Source: Pristiophorus japonicus
Taxonomy: Eukaryota
Assembly (NCBI RefSeq): GCF_044704955.1
Contig: NC_092008.1
Span: 761,556-808,000, forward strand
Direction: 5' to 3'
DNA: 46,445 nt
The notes below the pieces were generated by a model. That model searched no databases, was not told the DNA's origin, and saw only the letters and a program-made list of their open reading frames with translations. Each line of letters opens with the position of its first letter. Position 1 is the first letter of the stretch. Shown here piece by piece: positions 9,454 to 19,850 of the stretch. Made by a program: the position numbers and the translations under genes.

Positions 9454-12400
9454 TGTTGTGTATCTGTAAAGCATGCACTCCCATATTCTGCCACCAGGGA
9501 GCGCATCCCCTGAAGTCCCAATGGATCCCAGCATTCCTTGCGAGCACTGTATATAAGCCGGCCCCTAAGGACTGTTCCTCACTCTGGAGTGTCTTACTAA
9601 AGACTGAGGTCACTGTTACTTTAACCTCCCTGCGTGCAGCCTCATCTGTGTTAGGAACACAATAACTTGCGACGAGTATACGAATCCAACGCAAAGATGC
9701 AGCAAACTGGGGGCATCCTGGAGAAGTTCTCGGAGGGTGAGGACTGGGAAGCCTATGTCGAACAGCTAGACCAGTACTTTGTAGCCAACGAGCTGGATGG
9801 AGAAGGAAGCGCTGCAAAAAGGAGAGCGGTCCTCCTCACAGTCTGCGGGGCACCGACCTACAGCCTCATGAAGAATCTTCTGGCTCTGGTGAAACCCACA
9901 GATAAGTCGTATGAGGAGCTGTGTACACTGGTTCGGGAGCATCTTAACCCGAGGGAGAGCGTGCTGATGGCGAGGTATCGGTTCTACATGTGCCAGCGAT
10001 CTGAAGGCCAGGAAGAGGTGAGCTATGTCGCCGAGCTAAGGCGACTTGCAGGACAATGTGAGTTTGATGGCTACCTGGAGCAGATGCTCAGAGACTTTTT
10101 TGTACTGGGCATTGGCCACGAGACCATCCTACGAAAACTTTTTGACTGTAGAGACACCGACCCTCAGCAAGGCCATTGCGATAGCACAGGCGTTTATGTC
10201 CACCAGTGATAACACCAAACAAATCTCTCAGCACACAAGCGCTAGCAATGTTCATAAATTAACTGGAACTGTGTTTGCAAGCAGAAATGTACAGGGCAGA
10301 AACCATGAGTCTGCAACTGCCAGCAGCCCTCAGGTGACCCAGATGACTCAGTCCCCAACAAAGGATGAATGCAAGGCAATTCACACCTTGTTGTCGTTGT
10401 GGAGTCTTCCATTCAGCCTATTCATGCCGCTTCAAAGGGTATGTTTGCAAGAGCTGTGGAACAATGCGGCACTTCCAACGAGCTTGCAGATGAGCTGCAA
10501 GCTCTGCAAAATCTGCTAACCACCACGTGGCAAAGGAAGATCGGTCCACGGTGGATCAAAGCAATTTCGAGCCTCAGAGAGAGGAGGCAGATGCTGAAGT
10601 ACACGGAGTGCACACATTTTCAACTAAATGTCCATCTATAATGCTAAGTATAAAATTGAATGACTTATCCGTAGCCATGGAACTGGACACTGGCGCTAGC
10701 CCAATCCATCATGAGTAAAATGATGTTTGAGAGACTGTGGTGCAACAAGGTATTCAGACCAGCCCTGAGCCCCATCCACACGAAACTGAGAACGTACACC
10801 AAAGAGCTCATCACTGTCCTGGGCAGCGCCATGGTCAAGGTCACCTACGAGGGCACGGTGCACGAACTGCCACTCTGGATTGTCCCGGGCAATGGCCCCA
10901 CACTGCTTGGAAGGAGCTGGCTGGGCAAAATCCGCTGGAACTGGGATGACATCTCACATGTCGATGAGGCCTCATGTACCCAGGTTCTTAACAAATTTCC
11001 TTCCCTTTTTGAGCCAGGCATTGGAAACTTTTCCGGGGCGAAGATGTGGATCCACTTGGTCCCAGAGGCACGACCCATTCACCACAAGGCGCGAGCGGTA
11101 CCTCACATGATGAGGGAGAGAGTGGAAATCGAGCTGGACAGGCTGCAACGCGAGGGCATCATCTCCCCAGTGGAATTCAGCGAGTGGGCCAGCCCGATTG
11201 TTCCAGTACTCAAAAGTGATGGCATGGTCAGGATTTGCGGTGATTATAAATCGTTTCTCGCTACAGGACCACTACCTAAGGCAGACGACCTATTTGCAAC
11301 GTTGGCAGGAGGCAAGACGCAGGAGCTGGAGGAGTCTTCGAAGGGCCTCACCTGCATCAACACACACAAGGGACTGTTCATCTACAACAGATGTCCGTTT
11401 GGAATTCGGTCGGCTGCAGCGATCTTCCAGAGAAACATGGAGAGCCTACTCAAGTCGGTTCCACACACGGTGGTCTTTCAGGACGACATATTGGTCACGG
11501 GTCGGGACACCGCCGAGCACCTATAAAACTGGAGGAGGTCCTCCGGCGACTGGATCGCGTAGGGCTGCGGCTGAAGAGGTCGAAATGCATCTTCATGGCA
11601 ACAGAAGTGGAGTTTTTGGGGAGAAAGATCGCGGCGGACGGCATTCGGCCCACAGATGCCAAGACAGAGGCTATCAGGAACGCGCCCAGGCCACAGAACG
11701 TCACGGAGCTGCAGTCGTTCCTGGGAATCCTCAACTATTTTGGTAACGTCCTACTGGGGTTAAGCACCCTCTTAGAGCCCCTACATGTGTTATTGTGCAA
11801 AGGTGAGAACTGGGTATGGGGGAAAAAAAAACAAGTAATTGCTTTTGAGAAAGCCCGAAACATTTTATGCTCCAACAAGCTGCTTATATTGTATAACCCG
11901 TGTAAAAGACTTGTGCTAGCATATGATGCGCCGTCGTACGGAGTCGGGTGTGAAAGAGGCATTAGCATGTGTGTTCGGGGTAAAGCAAATGCATCAGTAC
12001 CTGTTTGGCCTCAAATTTGAGTTGGAAACCGATCACAAGCCCCTCACATCCCTGTTCGCTGAAAACAAGGGAATAAATACTAATGCCTCAGCCTGCATAC
12101 AAAGGTGGGCACTCACACTATCAGCGTATAACTACACCATCCGCCACAGGCCAGGCACCGAGAACTGTGCGGATGTTCTCAGTCGGCTACCATTGCCCAC
12201 CACGGGGGTGGAAATGGCGCAGCCTGCAAACTTGTTAATGGTGGAGCAGCCCGCAGACTTGTTGATGGTCATGGAAGCGTTTGAAAATGATAAATCACCT
12301 GTCACAGCCCGCCAGATTAGGACTTGGACCAGCCAAGGTCCTCTGCTGTCCCTAGTAAAAAAACTGTGTACTGCATGGGAGCTGGGCCAGCATCCCCGTT

Positions 12401-13908
12401 GAAATGCAAGAGCCATTCAAGCCGTTCCAGCGGCGAAAGGATGAGCTGTCCATTCAGGCAGACTGCCTGTTGTGGGGTAACCGCGTAGTGCTACCCAGAA
12501 AGGGCAGGGAGACGTTCATCTCGGATCTCCACAGCACACACCCGGGTATAGTAATGATGAAAGCGATAGCCAGATCCCACGTGTGGTGGCCCGGTATCGA
12601 CTCTGACTTAGAGTCCTGTGTACAGCAATGCAGTGTATGTGCTCAGTTGAGCAACGCGCCCAGAGAGGCACCACTAAGTTTGTGGTCCTGGCCCTCCAGA
12701 CCATGGTCGAGGATCCATGTCGACTATGCGGGCCCGTTTCTCGGTAAAATGTTCCTGGTGGTGGTGGATGCTTTTTCAAAATGGATTGAATGTGAAATAA
12801 TGTCGGGAAGCACCGCCACCATTGAAAGCCTGAGGGCCATGTTTGCCACCCACGGCCTGCCTGACATACTGGTCAGTGACAACGGGCCATGTTTCACCAG
12901 TGCCGAATTTAAAGGATTCATGACCCGCAATGGGATCAAACATGTCACCTCGGCCCCGTTTAAACCAGCCTCCAATGGGCAGGCAAAGCGGGCAGTACAA
13001 ACCATCAAACAGAGCCTCAAACGAGTCACAGAAGGCTCACTCCAAACCCACCTGTCCCGAGTACTGCTCAGCTACCGCACGAGACTTCACTCGCTCACAG
13101 GGCTGCCCCCGGCTGAGCTACTCATGAAAAGGACACTTAAAACCAGACTCTCACTGGTTCACCCCAACCTGCATGATCAGGTAGAGAGCAGACGGCAGCA
13201 ACAAAATGTAAACGATGGTCACGCCACTGTGTCACGGGAAATTGATCTGAATGACCCTGTGTATGTGCTAAACTATGGACATGGTCCCCAGTGGATCGCG
13301 GGCACGTTGATAGCTAAAGAAGGGAGTAGGGTGTTTGTAGTCAAACTGGACAATGGACAAATTTGCAGAAAGCACCTGGACCAAACGAGGCTGCGGTTCA
13401 CAGACTGCCCTGAACAACCCACAGCAGACACCACCTTTTTCGAGCCCACAACACACACCCAAAGGATCAACGACACCACGCCGGACCAGGAAATCGAACC
13501 CATCACGCCCAACAGCCCAGCAAGGCCAGGCTCACCCAGCAGCCCCGCAGGGCCAACAACACGCCAGCCCAGCGAGGGCACAGCCAACACACCAGAACAG
13601 ACATTTGTACCGAGGTGGTCCACCAGGGAAAGAAAGGCTCCCGACCGCCTCACCTTGTAAATAGTTTTCACTTTGACTTTGGGGGGCGGGGGGGTGATGT
13701 TGTGTATCTGTAAAGCATGCACTCCCATGTTCCACCACCAGGGAGCTCATCCCCTGAAGTCCCAAGGGATCCCAGCATCCCTTGGGAGCACTGTATATAA
13801 GCCGGCCCCCAAGGCCTGTCCCTCACTCTGGAGTGTCTTATTAAAGACTGAGGTCACTGTTACTTTAACCTCCCTGTGTGCAGCCTCATCTGTGGTAGGA
13901 ACACAATA
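9454..13908 (+). mobile_element. Full-length decayed Gypsy/Ty3 LTR retrotransposon
   Basis: 211-bp LTRs at 9454-9664 and 13698-13908; target-site duplication GGTTC (9449-9453, 13909-13913); primer-binding-site-like TTGCGACGAG; G-rich polypurine tract ~13680-13697; domain order gag-protease-RT-RNase H-integrase. Confidence 0.97.
9697..13660 (+). pseudogene. Gypsy gag-pol, frameshifted
   Basis: gag (FSEGEDWEAYVEQL), zinc-knuckle-like Cys/His ~10390-10490, protease LDTGAS, RT FQDDIL, RNase H with internal deletion (SYGVGC jumps to KEALAC..ETDHKPL), integrase HHCC plus IHVDYAGP/VSDNGP. Confidence 0.93.
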
Positions 13909-13925
13909 GGTTCGATGCCCGTGTG

Positions 13926-14144
13926 ATGCAGCAGAAGGAGTTGGAGACGACCCAGAAGGCAGAGAGGAGGTGTCGAGGATGGTCATCGCCTACATCTTCT
14001 GCTGGGGTCCTCACACCTTTGCCATCTTTCCTGCCTTTAAACCCCTGTTCCTCCTTCCACTCGCAAGCCGTCGCCTTGCCCACGTACTTTGCCAAGAATG
14101 CCACCATCGACAACCCCGTCATCTACGTCTTCATGAACCGACAG
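13926..14144 (+). pseudogene. OPN1LW: LWS opsin pseudo-exon 5 (main part)
   Basis: [13 protein letters not shown]/-1/[24 protein letters not shown]/+1/[35 protein letters not shown]; retinal-binding Lys and NPxxY retained; donor reads tt instead of gt. Confidence 0.95.
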
Positions 14145-14297
14145 TTGGGCAACCAGGATCTCCTCGTCACTAAACAGCTTCCTGAGTTACCTCCCTCGCC
14201 CTCGCCCCCCTCCCTCCCTCCCTTTCCCTCTCCCACTCCTCCCTCTCCACCCCAACATGTCTGGGACACAGTCATTGATTGACATACCTCCTAAAGT

Positions 14298-14755
14298 GCA
14301 GAGGGAGCTTTACTCTGTATCTAACCCCGTGCTGTACCTGCCCTGGGAGTGTTTGATGGGACAGTGTAGAGGGAGCTTTACTCTGTATCTAACCCCCTGT
14401 ACCTGCCCTGGGAGTGTTTGATGGGACAGTGTAGAGGGAGCATTACTCTGTATCTAACCCCCTGTACCTGCCCTGGGAGTGTTTGATGGGACAGTGTAGA
14501 GGGAGCTTTACTCTGTATCTAACCCCGTGATGTACCTGCCCTGGGAGTGTTTGATGGGACAGTGTAGAGGGAGCTTTACTCTGTATCTAACCCCGTGATG
14601 TACCTGCCCTGGGAGTGTTTGATGGGACAGTGTAGAGGGAGCTTTACTCTGTATCTAACCCCCTGTACCTGCCCTGGGAGTGTTTGATGGGACAGTGTAG
14701 AGGGAGCTTTACTCTGTATCTAACCCCCTGTACCTGCCCTGGGAGTGTTTGATGG
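14298..14755. repeat. 65-bp satellite array
   Basis: Tandem GGGACAGTGTAGAGGGAGCTTTACTCTGTATCTAACCCCCTGTACCTGCCCTGGGAGTGTTTGAT. Confidence 0.93.
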
Positions 14756-14825
14756 CTCTGATGTCTCTCCAACGTCCAAAACGGAGGTCTCCTCAGTTTC
14801 CAACTCCTCGGTTGCTCCAGCCTGA
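14751..14825 (+). pseudogene. OPN1LW: LWS opsin pseudo-exon 6, 3' part
   Basis: DGSDVSPTSKTEVSSVSNSSVAPA*, the LWS C-terminus; the 5' part (FRNC...) is absent and satellite DNA abuts it. Confidence 0.92.
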
Positions 14826-15169
14826 GACATTGAGCGCAGGGGAAAGGTCTTATTCTGGACACTTTGCCCATTAGCCGGATTCCCCACGGCCAGCTGACGC
14901 TAAAGCTTCGAGAGTGTCCAACCTTGAAGGGGAGCCGTCATTTGAATAATATTGTAAACCTATAAAGGCTTTGCCCCCGGGCACTCGTGACCAAACGAGT
15001 CTCTGGGTGTCTTTCGTAACTAGCATTCTGTATCACCTGTGTCTCTGTGCCAGTGCTGTGTTTCCTTCAGTCCGTTTGCAGTCTCCTATTGCTGGTGTTT
15101 GGGGTAGGAGTGGACTCCTTTCGGGATCATCGACCCCTTGGTGTCCAGTCCCAGTTCCGCTCCACAGCT

Positions 15170-15830
15170 AGAATCCAGTCCGACACTCCCCTGGTGCCAG
15201 TACTGAGGGAGCGCCGTACTGCGCTGTCGGAGGGGCGGTACTGGGGGAGCGCCGCACTGCGCTGTCGGAGGGGCGGTACTGAGGGAGCGCCGCACTGCGC
15301 TGTCGGAGGGGCGGTACTGAGGGAGCGCCGCACTGCGCTGTCGGAGGGGCGGTACTGAGGGAGCGCCGCACTGCGCTGTCGGAGGGGCGGTACTGAGGGA
15401 GCGCCGCACTGCGCTGTCGGAGGGGCGGTACTGAGGGAGCGCCGCACTGCGCTGTCGGAGGGGCAGTACTGAGGGAGCGCCGCACTGTCAGAGGTGCCAT
15501 CTTTCGGAGAAGACATTAAACCGAGGCCCCGTCTGCCCTCTCGGGTGGATGTAAAAGATCCCGGGGCCACTATTGGAAGAAGAGCAGGGGGAGTTCTCCC
15601 CGGTGTCCTGGGGCCAATATTTATCCCTCGACCAACATCACTAAAACAGACGATCCGGGTCATTATCACATCGCTGTGTGTGGGAGCTTGCTGTGCGCAA
15701 ACTGGCTGCCGCATTTCCTTAACTCCAACAGTGACTACACTGCAAAAGTACTTTATTGGCTGAGAAGTTCTTTTGAGACGTTCGGTGGTCGTGAAAGTCG
15801 CTATATAAATGAAAGTCTTTTTTCCTTTCT
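15170..15830 (+). mobile_element. Deu-domain-type SINE (SacSINE1-like) with an internal 38-bp tandem expansion
   Basis: SINE body (GTAAAAGATCCC...GAAGAAGAGCAGGGGGAGTTCTCCCCGGTGTCCTGG...AAAGTACTTTATTGGCTG) preceded by 7-8 tandem units; family name from recall. Confidence 0.75.
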
Positions 15831-15859
15831 TTTCTTGTCCCTTCCGACTCTTACCTGCT

Positions 15860-16293
15860 GCCTGCCCCTTTAACCGTGGGGCCCGGGTGCCTGCCCCTTT
15901 AACCGTGGGGCCCGGGTGCTTGCCCCTTTAACCGTGGGGCCCGGGTGCCTGCCCCTTTAAACGTGGGGCCCGGGTGCCTGCCCCTTTAACCGTGGGGCCC
16001 GGGTGCCTGCCCCTTTAACCGTGGGGCCCGGGTGCCTGCCCCTTTAACCGTGGGGCCCGGAACGTGGGGCTCGGGTGCCTGCCCCTTTAACTGTGCGGCC
16101 CGGGTGCCTGCCCCTTTAACCGTGCGGCCCGGGTGCCTGCCCCTTTAACCGTGGGGCCCGGGTGCCTGCCCCTTTAACCGTGGGGCCCGGGTGCCTGCCC
16201 CTTTAACCGTGGGGCCCGGGTGCCTGCCCCTTTAACCGTGGGGCCCGGGTGCCTGCCCCTTTAACCGTGGGGCCCGGGTGCCTGCCCCTTTAA
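15860..16293. repeat. 29-bp VNTR immediately upstream of the UBL4A start codon
   Basis: About 15 copies of GCCTGCCCCTTTAACCGTGGGGCCCGGGT ending ~30 nt before ATG 16325. Confidence 0.92.
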
Positions 16294-16324
16294 GCCGAGG
16301 CCTGCCCCGCTCCTGGCCGCAGAG

Positions 16325-16372
16325 ATGCAGCTCAGCGTCAAACTGCTGCACGGCACCGAGAGCCGGCTGGAG
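16325..16372 (+). CDS. UBL4A: UBL4A exon 1 (ubiquitin-like protein 4A / Get5)
   Basis: MQLSVKLLHGTESRLE|gtgggg; 16 codons, like human MQLTVKALQGRECSLQ. Confidence 0.9.
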
Positions 16373-16374
16373 GT

Positions 16375-17130
16375 GGGGGAGAGACAGGGCCCGGGCCCGG
16401 GGAGAGGGAGGGAGAGGGCCCGGCCCGGGGGTACAGGGGAGAGGGCCCGGGGGTACAGGGGAGACCGGGGAGAGGGAGGGCCCGGGGGTACAGGGGAGAG
16501 GGAGAGGGAGGGAGAGGGAGAGGGCCCGGGGGTACAGGGGAGACCGGGGAGAGGGAGGGCCCGGGGGTACAGGGGAGAGGGAGAGGGAGGGAGAGGGAGA
16601 GGGCCCGGGGGTACAGGGGAGACCGGGGAGAGGGAGGGCCCGGGGGTACAGGGGAGAGGGAGAGGGAGGGAGAGGGAGAGGGCCCGGGGGTACAGGGGAG
16701 ACCGGGGAGAGGGGCAGGGCCCGGGGAGAGGGAGGGAGAGGGCCCGGCCCAGGGGTACAGGGGAGAGGGGAGAGGGAGGGCAGGGCCCGGGGGTACAGGG
16801 GAGACCGGGGAGAGGGAGACCGGGGAGAGGGAGGGCCCGGGGGGTACAGGGGAGACCGGGGAGAGGGAGGGCCCGGGGGGTACAGGGGAGAGGGGAGAGG
16901 GAGGGCCGGGGCTGGGGGAGGGGGAGAGGGGAGAAGGGCAGGGCCCGGGGGTACAGGGGAGACCGGGGAGAGGGAGAGGGCCCGGGGGTACAGGGGAGAC
17001 CGGGGAGAGGGAGAGGGCCCGGGGGTACAGGGGAGAGGGAGGGCAGGGCCCGGGGCTGGGGGAGGGATAGGGAGGGCCCAGGGAAAGGGAGAGGGCCCAG
17101 GGACAGGGCCCGGCCCGGGGCAGGTAGAGA
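16375..17130. repeat. G/A-rich composite minisatellite in UBL4A intron 1
   Basis: Modules GGGCCCGGGGGTACAGGGGAGA, CCGGGGAGAGGGA and (GAGGGA)n. Confidence 0.88.
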
Positions 17131-17707
17131 GGGACAGGAGGAGGCCGTTCAGCCCCTCGATATTCCGCCATTTAATGAGATCACGGCTGTCTGTGACCTA
17201 ACTCCATCTCCCCGCCTTTGCCCCATATCCCTTAATACCTTTGGTTAACAGAAATCTATCAATCTTCCATTTAAAATTAACTATTGCCATTTGGGGAAGA
17301 GAGTTGCAAACGTCTCCCACCCTGTGTGTGTCGAAATGTTTCCCAACTTCACTCCCGAAAGGTCTGGCTCTAACTATTAGCATCTGCCCCCTGGTCCTCG
17401 ACCCCCCGACCAGCGGAGATAGTCTCTCTCTCTCGATCCACCCGAACTGTTCCCCTCAATACCCTGAAATCTTCGATCAGATCGCCCCTGAACCGTCTCA
17501 ATCCCAGGGAATACGCCCCGCGTTTGTGTCACCTCTGCTCGTAATCTAACCCTTGGAGTGCGGGTGACTCCTGTCCTGAATCTCCCAACATTTAATCCTC
17601 TATTGTCGAGGCTTCTGCGGTTCGAGGGGCCGAATGGCCGAATCCTGCTGCTGTTTCTTGTGTTCTTGAGCGACCGCACCTCCTGACCCCTGACCCTTCC
17701 CTTTCAG

Positions 17708-17813
17708 GTGCCTGAGAACGAGACGATAGCCGCCGTCAAGGCCATCATCGCTGACAAGCTCCACATCCCCGTGGTTCAGCAACGACTGCTGTACAAGGGA
17801 AAGGCCCTGTCAG
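17708..17813 (+). CDS. UBL4A: UBL4A exon 2
   Basis: ttcag|VPENETIAAVKAIIADKLHIPVVQQRLLYKGKALS+G|gtaaag; ubiquitin-fold QRLLxKGK motif. Confidence 0.93.
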
Positions 17814-17842
17814 GTAAAGGAGTCTGCATTCACCCACGGGGA

Positions 17843-18326
17843 GGCCCCACGGCGCAGGGACAGGGCCCGAGGGCCCCACGGCGCAGGGACAGGGCCCGAG
17901 GACCCCTCGGCGCAGGGACAGGGCCCCAGGGCCCCACGGCGCAGGGACAGGGCCCGAGGGCCCCTCGGCGCAGGGACAGGGCCCGAGGGCCCCACGGCGC
18001 AGGGACAGGGCCCGAGGACCCCTCGGCGCAGGGACAGGGCCCCAGGGCCCCACGGCGCAGGGACAGGGCCCGAGGGCCCCACGGCGCAGGGACAGGGCCC
18101 GAGGACCCCTCGGCGCAGGGACAGGGCCCCAGGGCCCCACGGCGCAGGGACAGGGCCCCAGGGCCCCACGGCGCAGGGACAGGGCCCGAGGGCCCCACGG
18201 CGCAGGGACAGGGCCCGAGGGCCCCTCGGCGCAGGGACAGGGCCCCAGGGCCCCACGGCGCAGGGACAGGGCCCGAGGGCCCCACGGCGCAGGGACAGGG
18301 CCCGAGGGCCCCACGGCGCAGGGACA
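17843..18326. repeat. 29-bp GC-rich minisatellite in UBL4A intron 2
   Basis: Tandem GGCCCCACGGCGCAGGGACAGGGCCCGAG. Confidence 0.92.
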
Positions 18327-18339
18327 CCAGGGAAGGGGC

Positions 18340-19850
18340 CAACAACTCCATTCCTCTCCTGTCTGAGGCTGAACCAGACTGTTCGCAACCTCGGGGTCAT
18401 ACTTGACCCTGAAATGAGCTTCCGGCCACACATCCCGCGGCATAACTAAACCCGCCTGTTTCCCACCTCCGTAACATCGCCCGTCTCCACCCCCTGCCTC
18501 AGCTCATCCGCTGCTGAAGCCCTCATCCGTGCCTTTGTTACACCCAGACTTGACCGTTCCAACGCACTGCGGTCCTGGCCGGCCTCCCACATTCGACCCG
18601 ACGTAAACTAGAGGTGATCCAAAACTCGGCTGCCCCCGTGTCCTAACTCGCACCGAGTCCCGCTCACCCATCACCCCCTGTGCTCACTGACCCCGTGTCC
18701 TAACTCACACCCAGTCCCACTCACCCATCACCCCCTGTGCTCGCTGACCCCGTGTCCTAACTCGCACCCAGTCCCACTCACCCATCACCCCCTGTGCTCA
18801 CTGACCCCGTGTCCTAACTCACACCCAGTCCCGCTCACCCATCACCCCCTGTGCTCACTGACCCCGTGTCCTAACTCACACCCAGTCCCGCTCACCCATC
18901 ACCCCCTGTGCTCACTGCCCCGTGTCCTAACTCGCACCCAGTCCCACTCACCCATCACCCCCTGTGCTCACTGACCCCGTGTCCTAACTCACACCCAGTC
19001 CCACTCACCCATCACCCCCTGTGCTCACTGACCCCGTGTCCTAACTCGCACCGAGTCCCACTCACCCATCACCCCCTGTGCTCACTGACCCCGTGTCCTA
19101 ACTCACACCCAGTCCCGCTCACCCATCACCCCCTGTGCTCACTGACCCCGTGTCCTAACTCGCACCGAGTCCCACTCACCCATCACCCCCTGTGCTCACT
19201 GCCCCGTGTCCTAACTCACACCCAGTCCCGCTCACCCATCACCCCCTGTGCTCACTGACGTACATTGGTTAAACAACATCTCGATTTCAAAATTCTCATT
19301 CGCCTCTTCAAATCCCTCCTCGCCCCTCCACCCCTCCCTATCTCTGTAACCTCCTCCAGCCCCTACACCCCTCCCTATCTCTGTAACCTCCTCCAGCCCC
19401 TACACCCCTCCCTATCTCTGTAACCCCCTCCAGCCCCTACACCCCTCCCTATCTCTGTAACCTCCTCCAGCCCCTACACCCCTCCCTATCTCTGTAACCT
19501 CCTCCAGCCCCTACACCCCTCCCTATCTCTGTAACCTCCTCCAGTCCCTACACCCCTCCCTATCTCTGTAACCCCCTCCAGTCCCACAACCCCCCGAGAT
19601 CTCTGCACTCCTCTAATTCTGCCCTCCTGACCATCCCTGATTATAATCGCTCCACCATCGGTGGCCGTGCCTTCTGTTGCCTGGGCCCCAAGCTCTGGAA
19701 CTCCCTCCCTAAACCTCTCCGCCTTGCTCTCCTCCTTCAAGACGCTCCTTAAAAACCACCTCTTTGGTCACCTGCGCTAATTTTTGCTTATACGACTCGG
19801 TGTCAAATTTTTATCTCATAATACTCCTGTGAAGCGCCTTGGGACATTTC
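18340..19850 (+). mobile_element. L2-clade LINE 3' fragment containing 57-bp (18633-19257) and 37-bp (19330-19585) tandem expansions
   Basis: RNLGVILDPEMSF..HI, LIRAFVT.RLD.SNAL, IQNSAA.VLTRT.SRSPITP, GGRAF..LGP.LWNSLP motifs. Confidence 0.82.

Larger units (their letters stand above)
4653..14825 (+). pseudogene. OPN1LW: Long-wavelength-sensitive cone opsin (LWS) unitary pseudogene
   Basis: Exons 1, 4, 5 and the end of exon 6 are in the correct order and strand, with LWS-diagnostic motifs; multiple frameshifts, a TGA stop, damaged splice sites and LTR insertions; Xq28-type neighbours NAA10 and UBL4A. Confidence 0.93.

Noticed and set aside
12404-13660. 418-aa integrase ORF as a domesticated gene
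   Set aside because: It lies inside an LTR-bounded element with frameshifted gag-pol, and the catalytic Glu region reads QAKR instead of (L/Q)AER
8911-14825. Opsin fragments as rhodopsin or a processed retrocopy
   Set aside because: Motifs and the separate N-terminal exon are LWS-type, and intron positions are retained
16278-18443. Gly/Pro/Arg-rich, collagen-like ORFs
   Set aside because: Translations of intronic minisatellites; only 16325-16372 and 17708-17813 are real UBL4A exons
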